Part shown: positions 17,353 through 25,703 of the stretch, piece after piece
How the letters are laid out: the number at the start of each line of letters is the position of its first letter
Numbering within the stretch: position 1 is the first letter of the stretch
Virus record (IMG/VR): IMGVR_UViG_3300010214_000040
Coordinates: 1 to 39,776 of that record
DNA length: 39,776 nucleotides
Origin: a virus
Taxonomy: Duplodnaviria > Caudoviricetes
Strand: one strand, 5' to 3'
Program-made: the position numbers and the translations under genes
The notes under the pieces: generated by a model
Database searches by the model: none
Told to the model about the DNA's origin: nothing
What the model saw: the letters and a program-made list of their open reading frames with translations, nothing else

Positions 17353-19404
17353 TCAACCCAGGCGCAGGCGCGACACGGCCGCGCGACGCTGTTGATAGAT
17401 AGGGGCATCGACTTCCTGCACTCGCGCAGCAACCAATGGCATCGCTGCGACAGTGACCTCCTCAGTCACCCGCGGGGCACTGAATAGGTCTTCTGCTGGC
17501 TGCACCAGCTGCTCCAGCTGCAGCCACTTGGCTTCACTCCACTTGTGGATGCCCTGGCACATCGCGGCATGCATTGCATAGTTGCGAATATCAAGTTCCT
17601 CATTGCGAGGGCGCCGCTTGACCCATTTGTAGGCATCCTGGCCCTTGATCTTGGTAAGAACTCGCTGCTCAGCCGTGAGCTGCTCATAGAACTCGCGCGG
17701 GAGATCTGTGCTGAAGTGCACATAGCCCGGCCCTGGCTCTGCAATCGCCAGCTGGCCCAGCAACAGGTCTTTGGCCTGGTCAACCCCCACCAAGTAGAGC
17801 TTGATGCCGCGCTGCACCTTCATGCCACGATGATTCACTTCCTGAAGGCTGCTCGGCCCGACGATGGGCTTGTTGTCGTCACCCTTGATGGCGCGCAGGT
17901 TCGGGATACGGCCCTGGTTGTTGCGCACCCAGTTGTAGACGGCATGCGTCTGGTCAGAAGAGTCAATGCTGGTTGCGCTGATGCCCAGGCTGGGCCCGTG
18001 GCCTGCTTGCTGGAATCGTTGCAGCAAGAATGCTGTGACTGGCTCCCAGTCCTCATCCACAGCTGGATTGCCGTCGATGCTGATCCGCGCGACTGGCCAA
18101 CTCTCCATGCCGCGCCCCCAAGCCCAGATGGTGATCTGCCACCATGTGCGCTGCACATCAACGCCAGCTGTGAGGTACAGAGCTCCCTTGCATACCATGC
18201 CCAAGGGGTATGGCTCGGCACGCGCCTGCAGGGCGTGCTCGTCCGTTCGGTCGCCCTTGAGTTCCCAGGTCTCGCCCAAGGTTTCGTTAACGAACAGCTT
18301 CATGGGCTCCACGTCGCCGGCTTCGAGCTTCTTCAGTGCATTCTCGAATTCCTGCACGATGTCGGACCAGGCACGCTGCGGGCTATAACCCGTCCAGACA
18401 TGCAGACCCAGGGTCTTGGGCGGCAGGCAGGGGCGCAGATCCTTGTCGCGCCAGATACGGTCTCGGCCGTAACGCTTGCCCGTGCGCTCGCACACCCAGG
18501 CCCCATCCATAGGCACGCCACCGGCCAAATAGTCGGCCTGGGTGATGCTTTCACGGCAGTGGGGGCAGACATGGCGAACGCTGGCAGGGTTGCCCCGTTC
18601 CCACTGGAAGCCATAACGCTTGTCCTTGCCACCCCACATCAACGGATGCTCAGCATCGCAATGCGGGCACTCGATATGAAAGCGCACCAGGCCCTCGGCC
18701 TCTTCCACCGCGTCCTCGATATGGCACATGCCCTTGAGGAGCGGAGTGGAGCCGCAGACGAGCTTGGGATAAGCAGCCCCCTCCAGACGGCCACGTGCCA
18801 GGCCACGGGGAGGGCCGGCCTTCTCGATGCTTCGATCAAACTTGGAGATCTCATCCAGGATGACCACGGCCACGGTGATGCGTCGATACGCCCGCGCCGC
18901 CTTGCCGCCCAGCAGATGCAGCACGCTGTCCCGAAACGGCTTGAACTTGATGGTTTCCTCGGAGGTACCCTTGCCCCGCTTGCGCGCCTTGTTGATCGAC
19001 GTGACGCCGGTCAGCGGGTCCAGCAGAGGATCGATTTCCGTCTTGACGTAGTTGTCCCGGTCGTCATCGGTAGGCTGCCACAGCGCCTGCTTGCGGCGCC
19101 GGTGGGCGATGTTGTAGCAGACGAAGGCGGTGATCATCTTCGTATACCCGACACGCTTTGCCTTGACCACATCGAGCTCAACAATGCGGTCATCGCTCAT
19201 GAAGTCCAGGATGCCCACCTGAAAGGCCCAGGCCTCCCACGCGCCCTTCTGATGACTGCTCTCGCCGGCCAGCTTAAACTCGGCCTGCGCCCAGTCGCCC
19301 AGGCGCTGAGGCGGTTCTGCGCGCATGCTCTCCATACCCAGGCGCACTGCCGCCTTGATGGCTTCGGCAGTTTCAGCATGCAGCAGCTTTCCCATCGTGG
19401 TCAA
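17353..19404 (-). CDS. Terminase large subunit, lambda gpA family
   Basis: KAKRVGYT, LDE, GSTP, CPHC, FVNETLGETW, GVDVQ and RNEELD motifs. Confidence 0.96.
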   Translation of the reverse strand: MTTMGKLLHAETAEAIKAAVRLGMESMRAEPPQRLGDWAQAEFKLAGESSHQKGAWEAWAFQVGILDFMSDDRIVELDVVKAKRVGYTKMITAFVCYNIAHRRRKQALWQPTDDDRDNYVKTEIDPLLDPLTGVTSINKARKRGKGTSEETIKFKPFRDSVLHLLGGKAARAYRRITVAVVILDEISKFDRSIEKAGPPRGLARGRLEGAAYPKLVCGSTPLLKGMCHIEDAVEEAEGLVRFHIECPHCDAEHPLMWGGKDKRYGFQWERGNPASVRHVCPHCRESITQADYLAGGVPMDGAWVCERTGKRYGRDRIWRDKDLRPCLPPKTLGLHVWTGYSPQRAWSDIVQEFENALKKLEAGDVEPMKLFVNETLGETWELKGDRTDEHALQARAEPYPLGMVCKGALYLTAGVDVQRTWWQITIWAWGRGMESWPVARISIDGNPAVDEDWEPVTAFLLQRFQQAGHGPSLGISATSIDSSDQTHAVYNWVRNNQGRIPNLRAIKGDDNKPIVGPSSLQEVNHRGMKVQRGIKLYLVGVDQAKDLLLGQLAIAEPGPGYVHFSTDLPREFYEQLTAEQRVLTKIKGQDAYKWVKRRPRNEELDIRNYAMHAAMCQGIHKWSEAKWLQLEQLVQPAEDLFSAPRVTEEVTVAAMPLVAARVQEVDAPIYQQRRAAVSRLRLG

Positions 19405-19955
19405 TCTGCGCTCCCCTCTTCGCTGATATCAGAATCCGGCGCTTGCCCTTCTTCTGCAAGCATCGCGTCCAGGCTTTCGGTCACCAGACTGTCGGTACCG
19501 CGTATCCATTCGTTGCGTGCACCGGCGATCACCTTGAGCACAGCCGTCTTGGCCTCCTCTGGGAGATCCGGACAGGCCTTCGCAAGCATCGGCTCCAGCT
19601 GGTCGAATCGGTCGACAACGGCACTGGCCACCATGCCGAGCACATCGGCCAGCAGACCGACCGGCGCGTATTCCTTGCGAGCGACCGCGTTCTTGATCGA
19701 CTGGCCTTCGCGCTGCTCGCGGGCCAGGGCTGCACGCTCCTGCGTCAGGTCCAGGCCACCGAGCTCAGAACCGAGCCGGCCGGCCGCCTGATCGCGCAGC
19801 CGCTCGCAGTAAGCGAGCAGCCATTCGTGACCGGTGTCGCCGCGCGTCATCACGCTTTCGGACATCAGTTGGCTCACACGGGCCTCGCTGATGCCGACCA
19901 TTTCCGCGAAATCTGCTTGCGAAATAGGAGCATCAAGTCCAATGACAGCCTTCAC
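19401..19955 (-). CDS. Terminase small subunit (Nu1-like)
   Basis: N-terminal HTH (SQADFAEMVGISEARVSQL) and LTQERAAL coiled coil. Overlaps terL. Confidence 0.85.
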   Translation of the reverse strand: MKAVIGLDAPISQADFAEMVGISEARVSQLMSESVMTRGDTGHEWLLAYCERLRDQAAGRLGSELGGLDLTQERAALAREQREGQSIKNAVARKEYAPVGLLADVLGMVASAVVDRFDQLEPMLAKACPDLPEEAKTAVLKVIAGARNEWIRGTDSLVTESLDAMLAEEGQAPDSDISEEGSAD

Positions 19956-20042
19956 TTAACCCCCCTAGCAACACTGCGAAATACTGGAAAGGTGCGGCTC
20001 GAATTACCCGCTCCTGAGGGGCCCCAGGAGGACCCACGGCCC

Positions 20043-20106
20043 GCCTCTTTTTTGAGCAATGCTTCTTTTTTGAGCAACCCCCTCGGATATGCCTCATTTT
20101 TGAGCA
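20043..20106. repeat. Three 16-bp direct repeats GCYTCWTTTTTGAGCA
   Basis: Copies at 20043-20058, 20061-20076 and 20091-20106, in the intergenic region before terS. Confidence 0.85.
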
Positions 20107-20115
20107 CCACCGACC

Positions 20116-20949
20116 TCATGCCGCCAGCCCTCCGATGTCGCGGCGACCGCTGTCCCAGGAGAACTTGAGCACTGCGCCGCCGTCCTCGCGCAGACGATCC
20201 ACCACGCGCTCGCCCAGGTACTTGCTGCTCAGGTCCTCGATCGTGTGGTTGGTCAGCAGCAGCGAGGGCTTGCGCTGCTCATAGCGTTCATTGAGAACGT
20301 CGAAAAGCACATTGCGCTCAAACTCCGTACCCTGCTGCACACCGACCTCGTCCACGATCAACAGATCCGGGAATACCATCTGCGCCACCACATCGCTCTC
20401 GGTCACGCCTGAGTTGCGGGCCCAGCTGTCCTTGACCATGCGCACGATGCGGCCGGCAGAGACAAACAGCACACTGGCCTTGTGCTCGCGCATCACCTGC
20501 AGACCGATGCCCACGGCCAGGTGTGTCTTGCCCGTACCGAAGTTGCCCATGAAGATCGCACTGCGTCCTGTCTTGCGCACCCTGGCAAAGTCATCGGCAT
20601 ACGCCTGGGCAAAGTCCAACGCCATCTGCTGGCCCGCATGGCTCACCACGTACGAGTCCAGCGTGCGATCACGAAAGCGCTCAGGGATGCCGGCGCGGCC
20701 CATCCTGGCCTCCCACTCCTGCACCCGCACTGCACGGCGCTGCTGCTCATCACGTTGCCTCTCAGCCTCACGCTCTGCCGCTGCGCAGGCTGGGCAGCCC
20801 AGCCAGATGTTGCCCAGATGGCACAACGACTGGAAGGGGCCATGCTTCAGGCACTCGGCCTGCTTCACCAGCGGGGGACGATGCACACCCGACTGGATGG
20901 CAGCAGACAGCGAGCGGCTGCCGGGTTGGCGATTCATTTCATTCATCAC
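20116..20949 (-). CDS. DnaC/IstB-like helicase loader ATPase
   Basis: C..HG...CPAC Zn motif, Walker A GNFGTGKTHLA, Walker B LLIVDEVG, and RVVDRL. Confidence 0.92.
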   Translation of the reverse strand: MMNEMNRQPGSRSLSAAIQSGVHRPPLVKQAECLKHGPFQSLCHLGNIWLGCPACAAAEREAERQRDEQQRRAVRVQEWEARMGRAGIPERFRDRTLDSYVVSHAGQQMALDFAQAYADDFARVRKTGRSAIFMGNFGTGKTHLAVGIGLQVMREHKASVLFVSAGRIVRMVKDSWARNSGVTESDVVAQMVFPDLLIVDEVGVQQGTEFERNVLFDVLNERYEQRKPSLLLTNHTIEDLSSKYLGERVVDRLREDGGAVLKFSWDSGRRDIGGLAA

Positions 20950-21761
20950 AGCGCATGCACTCCTATGCCTTGGTGGCGGGCTTTGATGGGTGGCTCACTA
21001 CGGTCAGCGCGGGGCTTGGTCGGGGCTGAGGCAGTCGCAAGCACCCGGTCAACGTAGGAAGGCAGGTAAGCAATCGGTTCACGCGCTTCAGCTCGAGCAC
21101 GGGCCACAGCCACCCGCATCTGCCCCACCGTCACACGGCTGGTGCACCAGCTGTTGGCCAGCGGCCAGAACTTCTTGCGGTCATGGATGCTGGTGTGGTC
21201 GACCTGCACGCCAAACTCTTCGAACACGGCTGCCCATTCGGCTTCACGAGCAGGCACCACGGCATCCGTGCGCGCCTTCTCTTCATCATCGATATGGTTC
21301 TGGTTCTGGTTCTGGTTGGTGGTACGGGCGTTCAACGACCGTTCAACGTCCGTTGCACCGGGTTCACCTTCGCCACCTTGAGCGGATTGACCAGCAGCAC
21401 CACCACCAGCCAAAGGCGGTGCAGGCTTCTTCCCACCCTTGCGTTTAGCCGCAGACGCCCTACCGGCAAGCGATTGCTGCTCCTGTTTTTTCAGGTACGC
21501 AGCCAACTCGATATCACAGCGGTCGTTATGCCAGCCGTCATCCTGCAGCTTGAAGAACTCATCCAGCAGCCCTTGCAGCACGGCGCGCAGCTCATCAGTC
21601 GTTGCCAGCACACGGCGCGCCAGCTTGTCGAAGTCTGGGTTCAACGGCTGCTCGGTGTCGTAATACAAATCCAGCAGTTCCCGGTACAACGCCCGTTCAA
21701 CGAACGTTAAATGCCGGGTTGCATTGTTGAAGTCACCGATATGGTGGGGGTAGTGATTCAT
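20946..21761 (-). CDS. Replication initiator (YdaU/DUF1376-like)
   Basis: MNHYPHHIGD...HLT..E...Y..LLD.YY.TEQPL N-terminus and an NQNQNQN linker. Lies upstream of the loader. Confidence 0.85.
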   Translation of the reverse strand: MNHYPHHIGDFNNATRHLTFVERALYRELLDLYYDTEQPLNPDFDKLARRVLATTDELRAVLQGLLDEFFKLQDDGWHNDRCDIELAAYLKKQEQQSLAGRASAAKRKGGKKPAPPLAGGGAAGQSAQGGEGEPGATDVERSLNARTTNQNQNQNHIDDEEKARTDAVVPAREAEWAAVFEEFGVQVDHTSIHDRKKFWPLANSWCTSRVTVGQMRVAVARARAEAREPIAYLPSYVDRVLATASAPTKPRADRSEPPIKARHQGIGVHAL

Positions 21762-21781
21762 TGCCCTAGGCCCTACTGATA

Positions 21782-22123
21782 TCAGGCAATAGATTGCTGC
21801 TGCGCTTTGCACTTCACAGGCACAACGTCACGCTGGCGCGGCGATGCACTGCAACTGCGGGCAGCTCCCTGCTCTAAGCGGCCTGCAGCCAGCAAGGCGT
21901 TCACCGTGCTGGCCACGCTGCACAGCTCCAGCCACTCGCCGGTCTGCTCGTTGTGATAGTCCCGCAGCTCGCGGCGGCTCATGTCGCGCACGCCGTTCTT
22001 GTGGGCATGGCGCAGCGATTCATACAGGCGCTCGCTCAAGCGGCGGCGCGTCTCATTGCCCAAGGCGGCAAAGGCTTCGGCGCTGGTATCGCGCCCGGTC
22101 GTGTTGGTGCTGTGCTGTTGCAT
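21782..22123 (-). CDS. Hypothetical winged-HTH-like protein
   Basis: AGGAG RBS and MSRREL...SVASTVNALLAAGRL. Confidence 0.6.
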   Translation of the reverse strand: MQQHSTNTTGRDTSAEAFAALGNETRRRLSERLYESLRHAHKNGVRDMSRRELRDYHNEQTGEWLELCSVASTVNALLAAGRLEQGAARSCSASPRQRDVVPVKCKAQQQSIA

Positions 22124-22154
22124 AGTCCTCTCCTGCTATTGAAATGAGGGCAGC

Positions 22155-23036
22155 TCAGCGCAGCCCTGCTGCCTCCAGGGCCTCATACGTCCGATATCGA
22201 ATCCGGCGGTCCAGCAGCTCCTGCACGTTCAGGGACTGCACCAGCCGCTGCATGCTCAACCGGGGCTTGTAGTTGCCACGGCGAACGAAAAGCATCACAG
22301 GGCGCACATCCACGCCAGTGCGGCCCACCACGGCCCAGACGCCCGGTGCCAGGTGGCCCGTGCGCTGGTCCAACTCGCCCTTGGCTGTCATGCGCGGTGC
22401 ACCACGGTGCTTGCCATAGCTCACGAAGTAACGGCGACCAAGGTATGGGCCGCCCGTCTTCAGCTTTGCGCCGCCGCGCTTGTGGATCACGGCCTTGCGG
22501 CGGTCGCTCATGTTGGCGCGGTAGCCTGCATCGCCAAACGCCTGCAGATACGACAGCACCTGCACCACAAACCCGGCCTTCAGATTGCCGTGACCGTCCT
22601 CGCTGCCGGGGAACGGGTTGGCGGGAATGACCACCTGAAAGCCCGCCGGCAACACGCCAATGCGGCGCAGGCGCACCTCGCTGCGCTTGTCAGCACGGCG
22701 CCCGCCAAATTCCTGGGCCTGCAGCACATGCTGGGGGTCCACACCGGTCTTGCCGCCAATGGTGGGCAAGCGGTCTGCACGCCCAGCAGTGGGGGCTACC
22801 ACCGCCATCAGCTTGTCGCGCGTGGCCTTGGCCACCTTGGGGCTGTTGGCAATAAAGGTGGTGGGCCGGTCAAACACTGTGCGCAGCTCCTGGCGCATGG
22901 CAGCCTGGGCCGCAAACGCCACATCGTTCAGCGCCTTGGCGGTCGCCGTACGCACACCGCCTGCAGACAGCTGCCGCAGACCGCCCTGCACCTGGCGCAG
23001 CCCATCCACTTTGATCTTCAAACCCATATCAGCCAT
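22155..23036 (-). CDS. Conserved phage protein resembling a tail-completion/neck (gpZ-like) protein
   Basis: Basic 293 aa with ATAKALNDVA...VFDRPT. Family assignment is from memory. Confidence 0.5.
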   Translation of the reverse strand: MADMGLKIKVDGLRQVQGGLRQLSAGGVRTATAKALNDVAFAAQAAMRQELRTVFDRPTTFIANSPKVAKATRDKLMAVVAPTAGRADRLPTIGGKTGVDPQHVLQAQEFGGRRADKRSEVRLRRIGVLPAGFQVVIPANPFPGSEDGHGNLKAGFVVQVLSYLQAFGDAGYRANMSDRRKAVIHKRGGAKLKTGGPYLGRRYFVSYGKHRGAPRMTAKGELDQRTGHLAPGVWAVVGRTGVDVRPVMLFVRRGNYKPRLSMQRLVQSLNVQELLDRRIRYRTYEALEAAGLR

Positions 23037-23607
23037 GGCGCGCACCCCCATCAATCACAGGGGCCGCACGGCGCAGCGCGCGCATGCTGGCCTGGCAGTC
23101 GGCAATGGCCTCCTGCAGGCCCATGGCGTGAAAGCTCGCCCGGTTCTCCTCGGCCTGGCTCACCGCCTCCAAGGGCCCAGCACCCTCGGCCGCAGCGCGG
23201 TGCACTGGCTCGGCCATCGCCTGCAGATACTGGGCAAAGGCCATGGCCAGGGCGGTCAGGGCTTCAGAAGGCGGCAGCACATCCAGGCGGCGCACCAGCG
23301 GCTGGCACACCTGCCCCAGAAAGCCAGCCTCTGCCTCCAGCAGCACCGTGCTGCCTGTGGCCCGCTGCATCAGCAGGGCCTCGCGCAGCGTCAGGTGATG
23401 GGTGAAGTTGGTCGGGTTCAGCTTGTGCGTCAGCGTGCCCTTGGGCATCTGCAAGGCCTCGGCCACTGCCGCCACCCCGCCGGGGAAGCCATGCACCAGC
23501 TGGTGCGCCACCAGCAGCACATCGTCCACAGAACGCTTGTCGGCCTGCACCTCATCGGCGACATAGACCCCGTAGCCCGAGATGGAGACACTCAATCCCA
23601 TGTCCAT
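23029..23607 (-). CDS. CII-like phage regulatory protein
   Basis: HGFPGGVAAVAEAL...TLTHKLNP...HHLTLREA motif. Lies downstream of cro. Confidence 0.8.
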   Translation of the reverse strand: MDMGLSVSISGYGVYVADEVQADKRSVDDVLLVAHQLVHGFPGGVAAVAEALQMPKGTLTHKLNPTNFTHHLTLREALLMQRATGSTVLLEAEAGFLGQVCQPLVRRLDVLPPSEALTALAMAFAQYLQAMAEPVHRAAAEGAGPLEAVSQAEENRASFHAMGLQEAIADCQASMRALRRAAPVIDGGARHG

Positions 23608-23836
23608 ACCTCACACCCCTTCCCAAACAGAACAGGCCTCGCTGCAGGCCCAGGTGGATGCCATCACCCTGCTGTTGCAGCAGATGGTGCTGGTGCTCGA
23701 ATGCGAGCCGCGATTTACCGCAGACAGGCTGGCGCGCTGGGTTGACACCTGCACCAGGCGCACACAGGCCACCAGCAGCACAAGCCCGGCCACCCTGCAG
23801 GCCCTGGCGGCACTGCGCAGCCAGGTGCTGGCATAA
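23600..23836 (+). CDS. Hypothetical protein (paralogue A)
   Basis: Similar to the next ORF (VDA...L.LE.EP.FTA..LARW...C). Confidence 0.6.
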   Translation: MSIPHTPSQTEQASLQAQVDAITLLLQQMVLVLECEPRFTADRLARWVDTCTRRTQATSSTSPATLQALAALRSQVLA

Positions 23837-23929
23837 GCCATGACGAACACACCAGCCCACGCCGCACCCTTGGCTACCATGGCGGCAAGCACCCCGATAT
23901 CAGAGACACCCCAGAGAAAGAACGCAGCC

Positions 23930-24241
23930 ATGCACGACACCCAGCCCACCACAACCGAAGAACGCATGGACGCAGTCGAAGCCATGCTGGGCCACTTGAT
24001 CTTTTTGTTGGAGGTAGAGCCGAACTTCACAGCTGAGGCCCTTGCGCGGTGGATTGCGAAGTGCCGCCAGGCTGAGCGCGACAAAGGCATTGCAGACCCT
24101 CGCCAACAGCTGGTGTTTGCGCGGCTATGCCAAAAGCTCGGTCTTGATGGGGCAGACACGCCCCAGGAAACAGATTCAGCAGCTCAGCAAGCCGTGCGGT
24201 CTGAGTCGGGGACAGCTCAACACAAGCCTGCTGCAGGCTGA
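23930..24241 (+). CDS. Hypothetical protein (paralogue B)
   Basis: Similar to the previous ORF. The start may be 23840. Confidence 0.6.
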   Translation: MHDTQPTTTEERMDAVEAMLGHLIFLLEVEPNFTAEALARWIAKCRQAERDKGIADPRQQLVFARLCQKLGLDGADTPQETDSAAQQAVRSESGTAQHKPAAG

Positions 24242-24411
24242 TCAGCCATGTCAGCTCTGCATCCAGCATCAGGATGGCCGTGTAGACGCAACGGGCTGGC
24301 AGGCCGAACTGAGTGGCGACGGGAAGCGCATTGCGACCATCCCAGGCGCGTGCGATATCAGCGGCAATTGAGTCAATCAGAGCAAGCTTGTGACGGCGTC
24401 GTGATGGGATT

Positions 24412-24618
24412 TCAGCCATGCGCCGGCTCCTGAGGAAGTTGTGCATCCGCAGCTTTTTCATCAGCGATACGAGACAAAACCCCACGCACACGATCAGCGG
24501 TTGCCTGCGGCAAATCCTCCGACCAAAGGTAGACAGCCTGAACTGATCGGTAGCCCATGGCTGCAGCTGCCTTCTTTGGCGTGCCACCCAACAACTCAAT
24601 CGCGTGCGTTTTCTTCAT
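24412..24618 (-). CDS. Cro-like repressor
   Basis: MKKTHAIELLGG...AAAAMG...QAVYLW, 68 aa. Divergent from the repressor gene. Confidence 0.85.
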   Translation of the reverse strand: MKKTHAIELLGGTPKKAAAAMGYRSVQAVYLWSEDLPQATADRVRGVLSRIADEKAADAQLPQEPAHG

Positions 24619-24626
24619 TTCTTCAT

Positions 24627-24666
24627 TGTAAACATGTTTACAGAAAAAGAAGAAAACAGATTTACA
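24627..24666. promoter_or_regulatory. OR-like operators TGTAAA-N4-TTTACA
   Basis: Perfect palindrome TGTAAACATGTTTACA at 24627-24642 and a degenerate copy at 24651-24666, between cro and cI. Confidence 0.8.
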
Positions 24667-24688
24667 CAACAGGACGTATTGTTAAAAC

Positions 24689-25093
24689 ATGCTCTACGGT
24701 GAAAGACTCCAACTTGCGATGGACAAGCGCGGCGAGGCGATTGGCCGCGTGATCGAACGCAAGGATGTGGCCAATGTTGCAAAAAGGTCTGTTCAGAACA
24801 TAGGCATGATCATCACTAATGCCAAAGGTCGCGACCAGAAGCTTTCAACTGAGGCACATGAAGCCGTGGCCGCATTCCTCAAGGTCAATTCACGCTGGTT
24901 ACTGACAGGCGAAGGGCCAATGGAGGTAAGCGTACAAGTCAACGCTCCTACTGAACTCACACCTGCAGCGGTTGAACTGGCGGTGCTGTTTGACATGATT
25001 CCTCAAGCCGACAAACTCAGCCGCGCAAAAGCATTCAACGCAGCCAGCACAGCAGTCATGCAAGTGCTTCAAGACGCTGCCGCCAAGAAATAA
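24689..25093 (+). CDS. CI-like repressor (HTH, no S24 peptidase domain)
   Basis: YGERL...A.FLKVNSRWLLTGEGPM. Divergent from cro and flanked by operators. Confidence 0.8.
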   Translation: MLYGERLQLAMDKRGEAIGRVIERKDVANVAKRSVQNIGMIITNAKGRDQKLSTEAHEAVAAFLKVNSRWLLTGEGPMEVSVQVNAPTELTPAAVELAVLFDMIPQADKLSRAKAFNAASTAVMQVLQDAAAKK

Positions 25094-25314
25094 GCAGGTC
25101 TTCATTTGGGAAGACCAGGACGCGCACACCCTCCTTTGTGCACGCCTCAACTGACAAAACCACATCTGAATCGCACTCGTCGCGTCCGCGAATGCGCACC
25201 AGCACGCCTTCATGGCTTCGACGTGTTGGTACTGTGTTTTTGTACATGCTTTCATCTTAATCGCTACAACTCTTGGTGAGCAAGCACTTCAATTTTCATC
25301 ACAACTGATTTATT

Positions 25315-25395
25315 TGTAGATGAATTTACAAAAAAATTCGCCTTCTTTTGTAAATCTGTTTACACTGCAAAGAACGCAAAGCAAACTTGTTTACC
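25315..25395. promoter_or_regulatory. OL-like operators / early promoter
   Basis: TGTAGATGAATTTACA (25315-25330), TGTAAATCTGTTTACA (25349-25364) and AGCAAACTTGTTTACC (25380-25395). TACACT -10 at 25361. Confidence 0.75.
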
Positions 25396-25650
25396 TACAA
25401 ACACTTTGTGTTGGGCTCCTCGGTATCGACCGGGCACAGCCCGGTCTTTAAAAGTCATATGCCCATGTTGTTCGCTCCACCAGTGCGGAGTGTCCCCGGG
25501 CCAATAGCACCAGCGGGCATGGCCGCTGCTCTGCGCGGTATCCCTGCCGTAACCAGCCGTCTAAGAACGTACACGGTCAAAAGGGTGAGGCGAAGGCGGC
25601 CAAGAGCAAGAACGGTCATGCCGGTTGGAATCCCGGCAACGGTCAACCCG

Positions 25651-25699
25651 TGCGCTGCGACGTAAACCTAAACGTCTTGTTGCAGCGTGCATTTTTTTG
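25651..25699 (+). terminator. Probable intrinsic terminator
   Basis: GCGCTGC...GCAGCGT stem followed by a T-tract. Confidence 0.5.
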
Positions 25700-25703
25700 T
25701 TGA

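Noticed and set aside
17545-19791. 748-aa plus-strand ORF
   Set aside because: Antisense shadow of the terminase genes.
25056-25247. 63-aa minus-strand ORF convergent with cI
   Set aside because: It is short, overlaps the cI 3' end and has no recognisable motif. It cannot be supported from sequence alone.
25619-25638. tRNA gene suggested by GGTTGGAATCC
   Set aside because: No acceptor, D or anticodon arms could be built, and the T-loop deviates from TTCGAAT.
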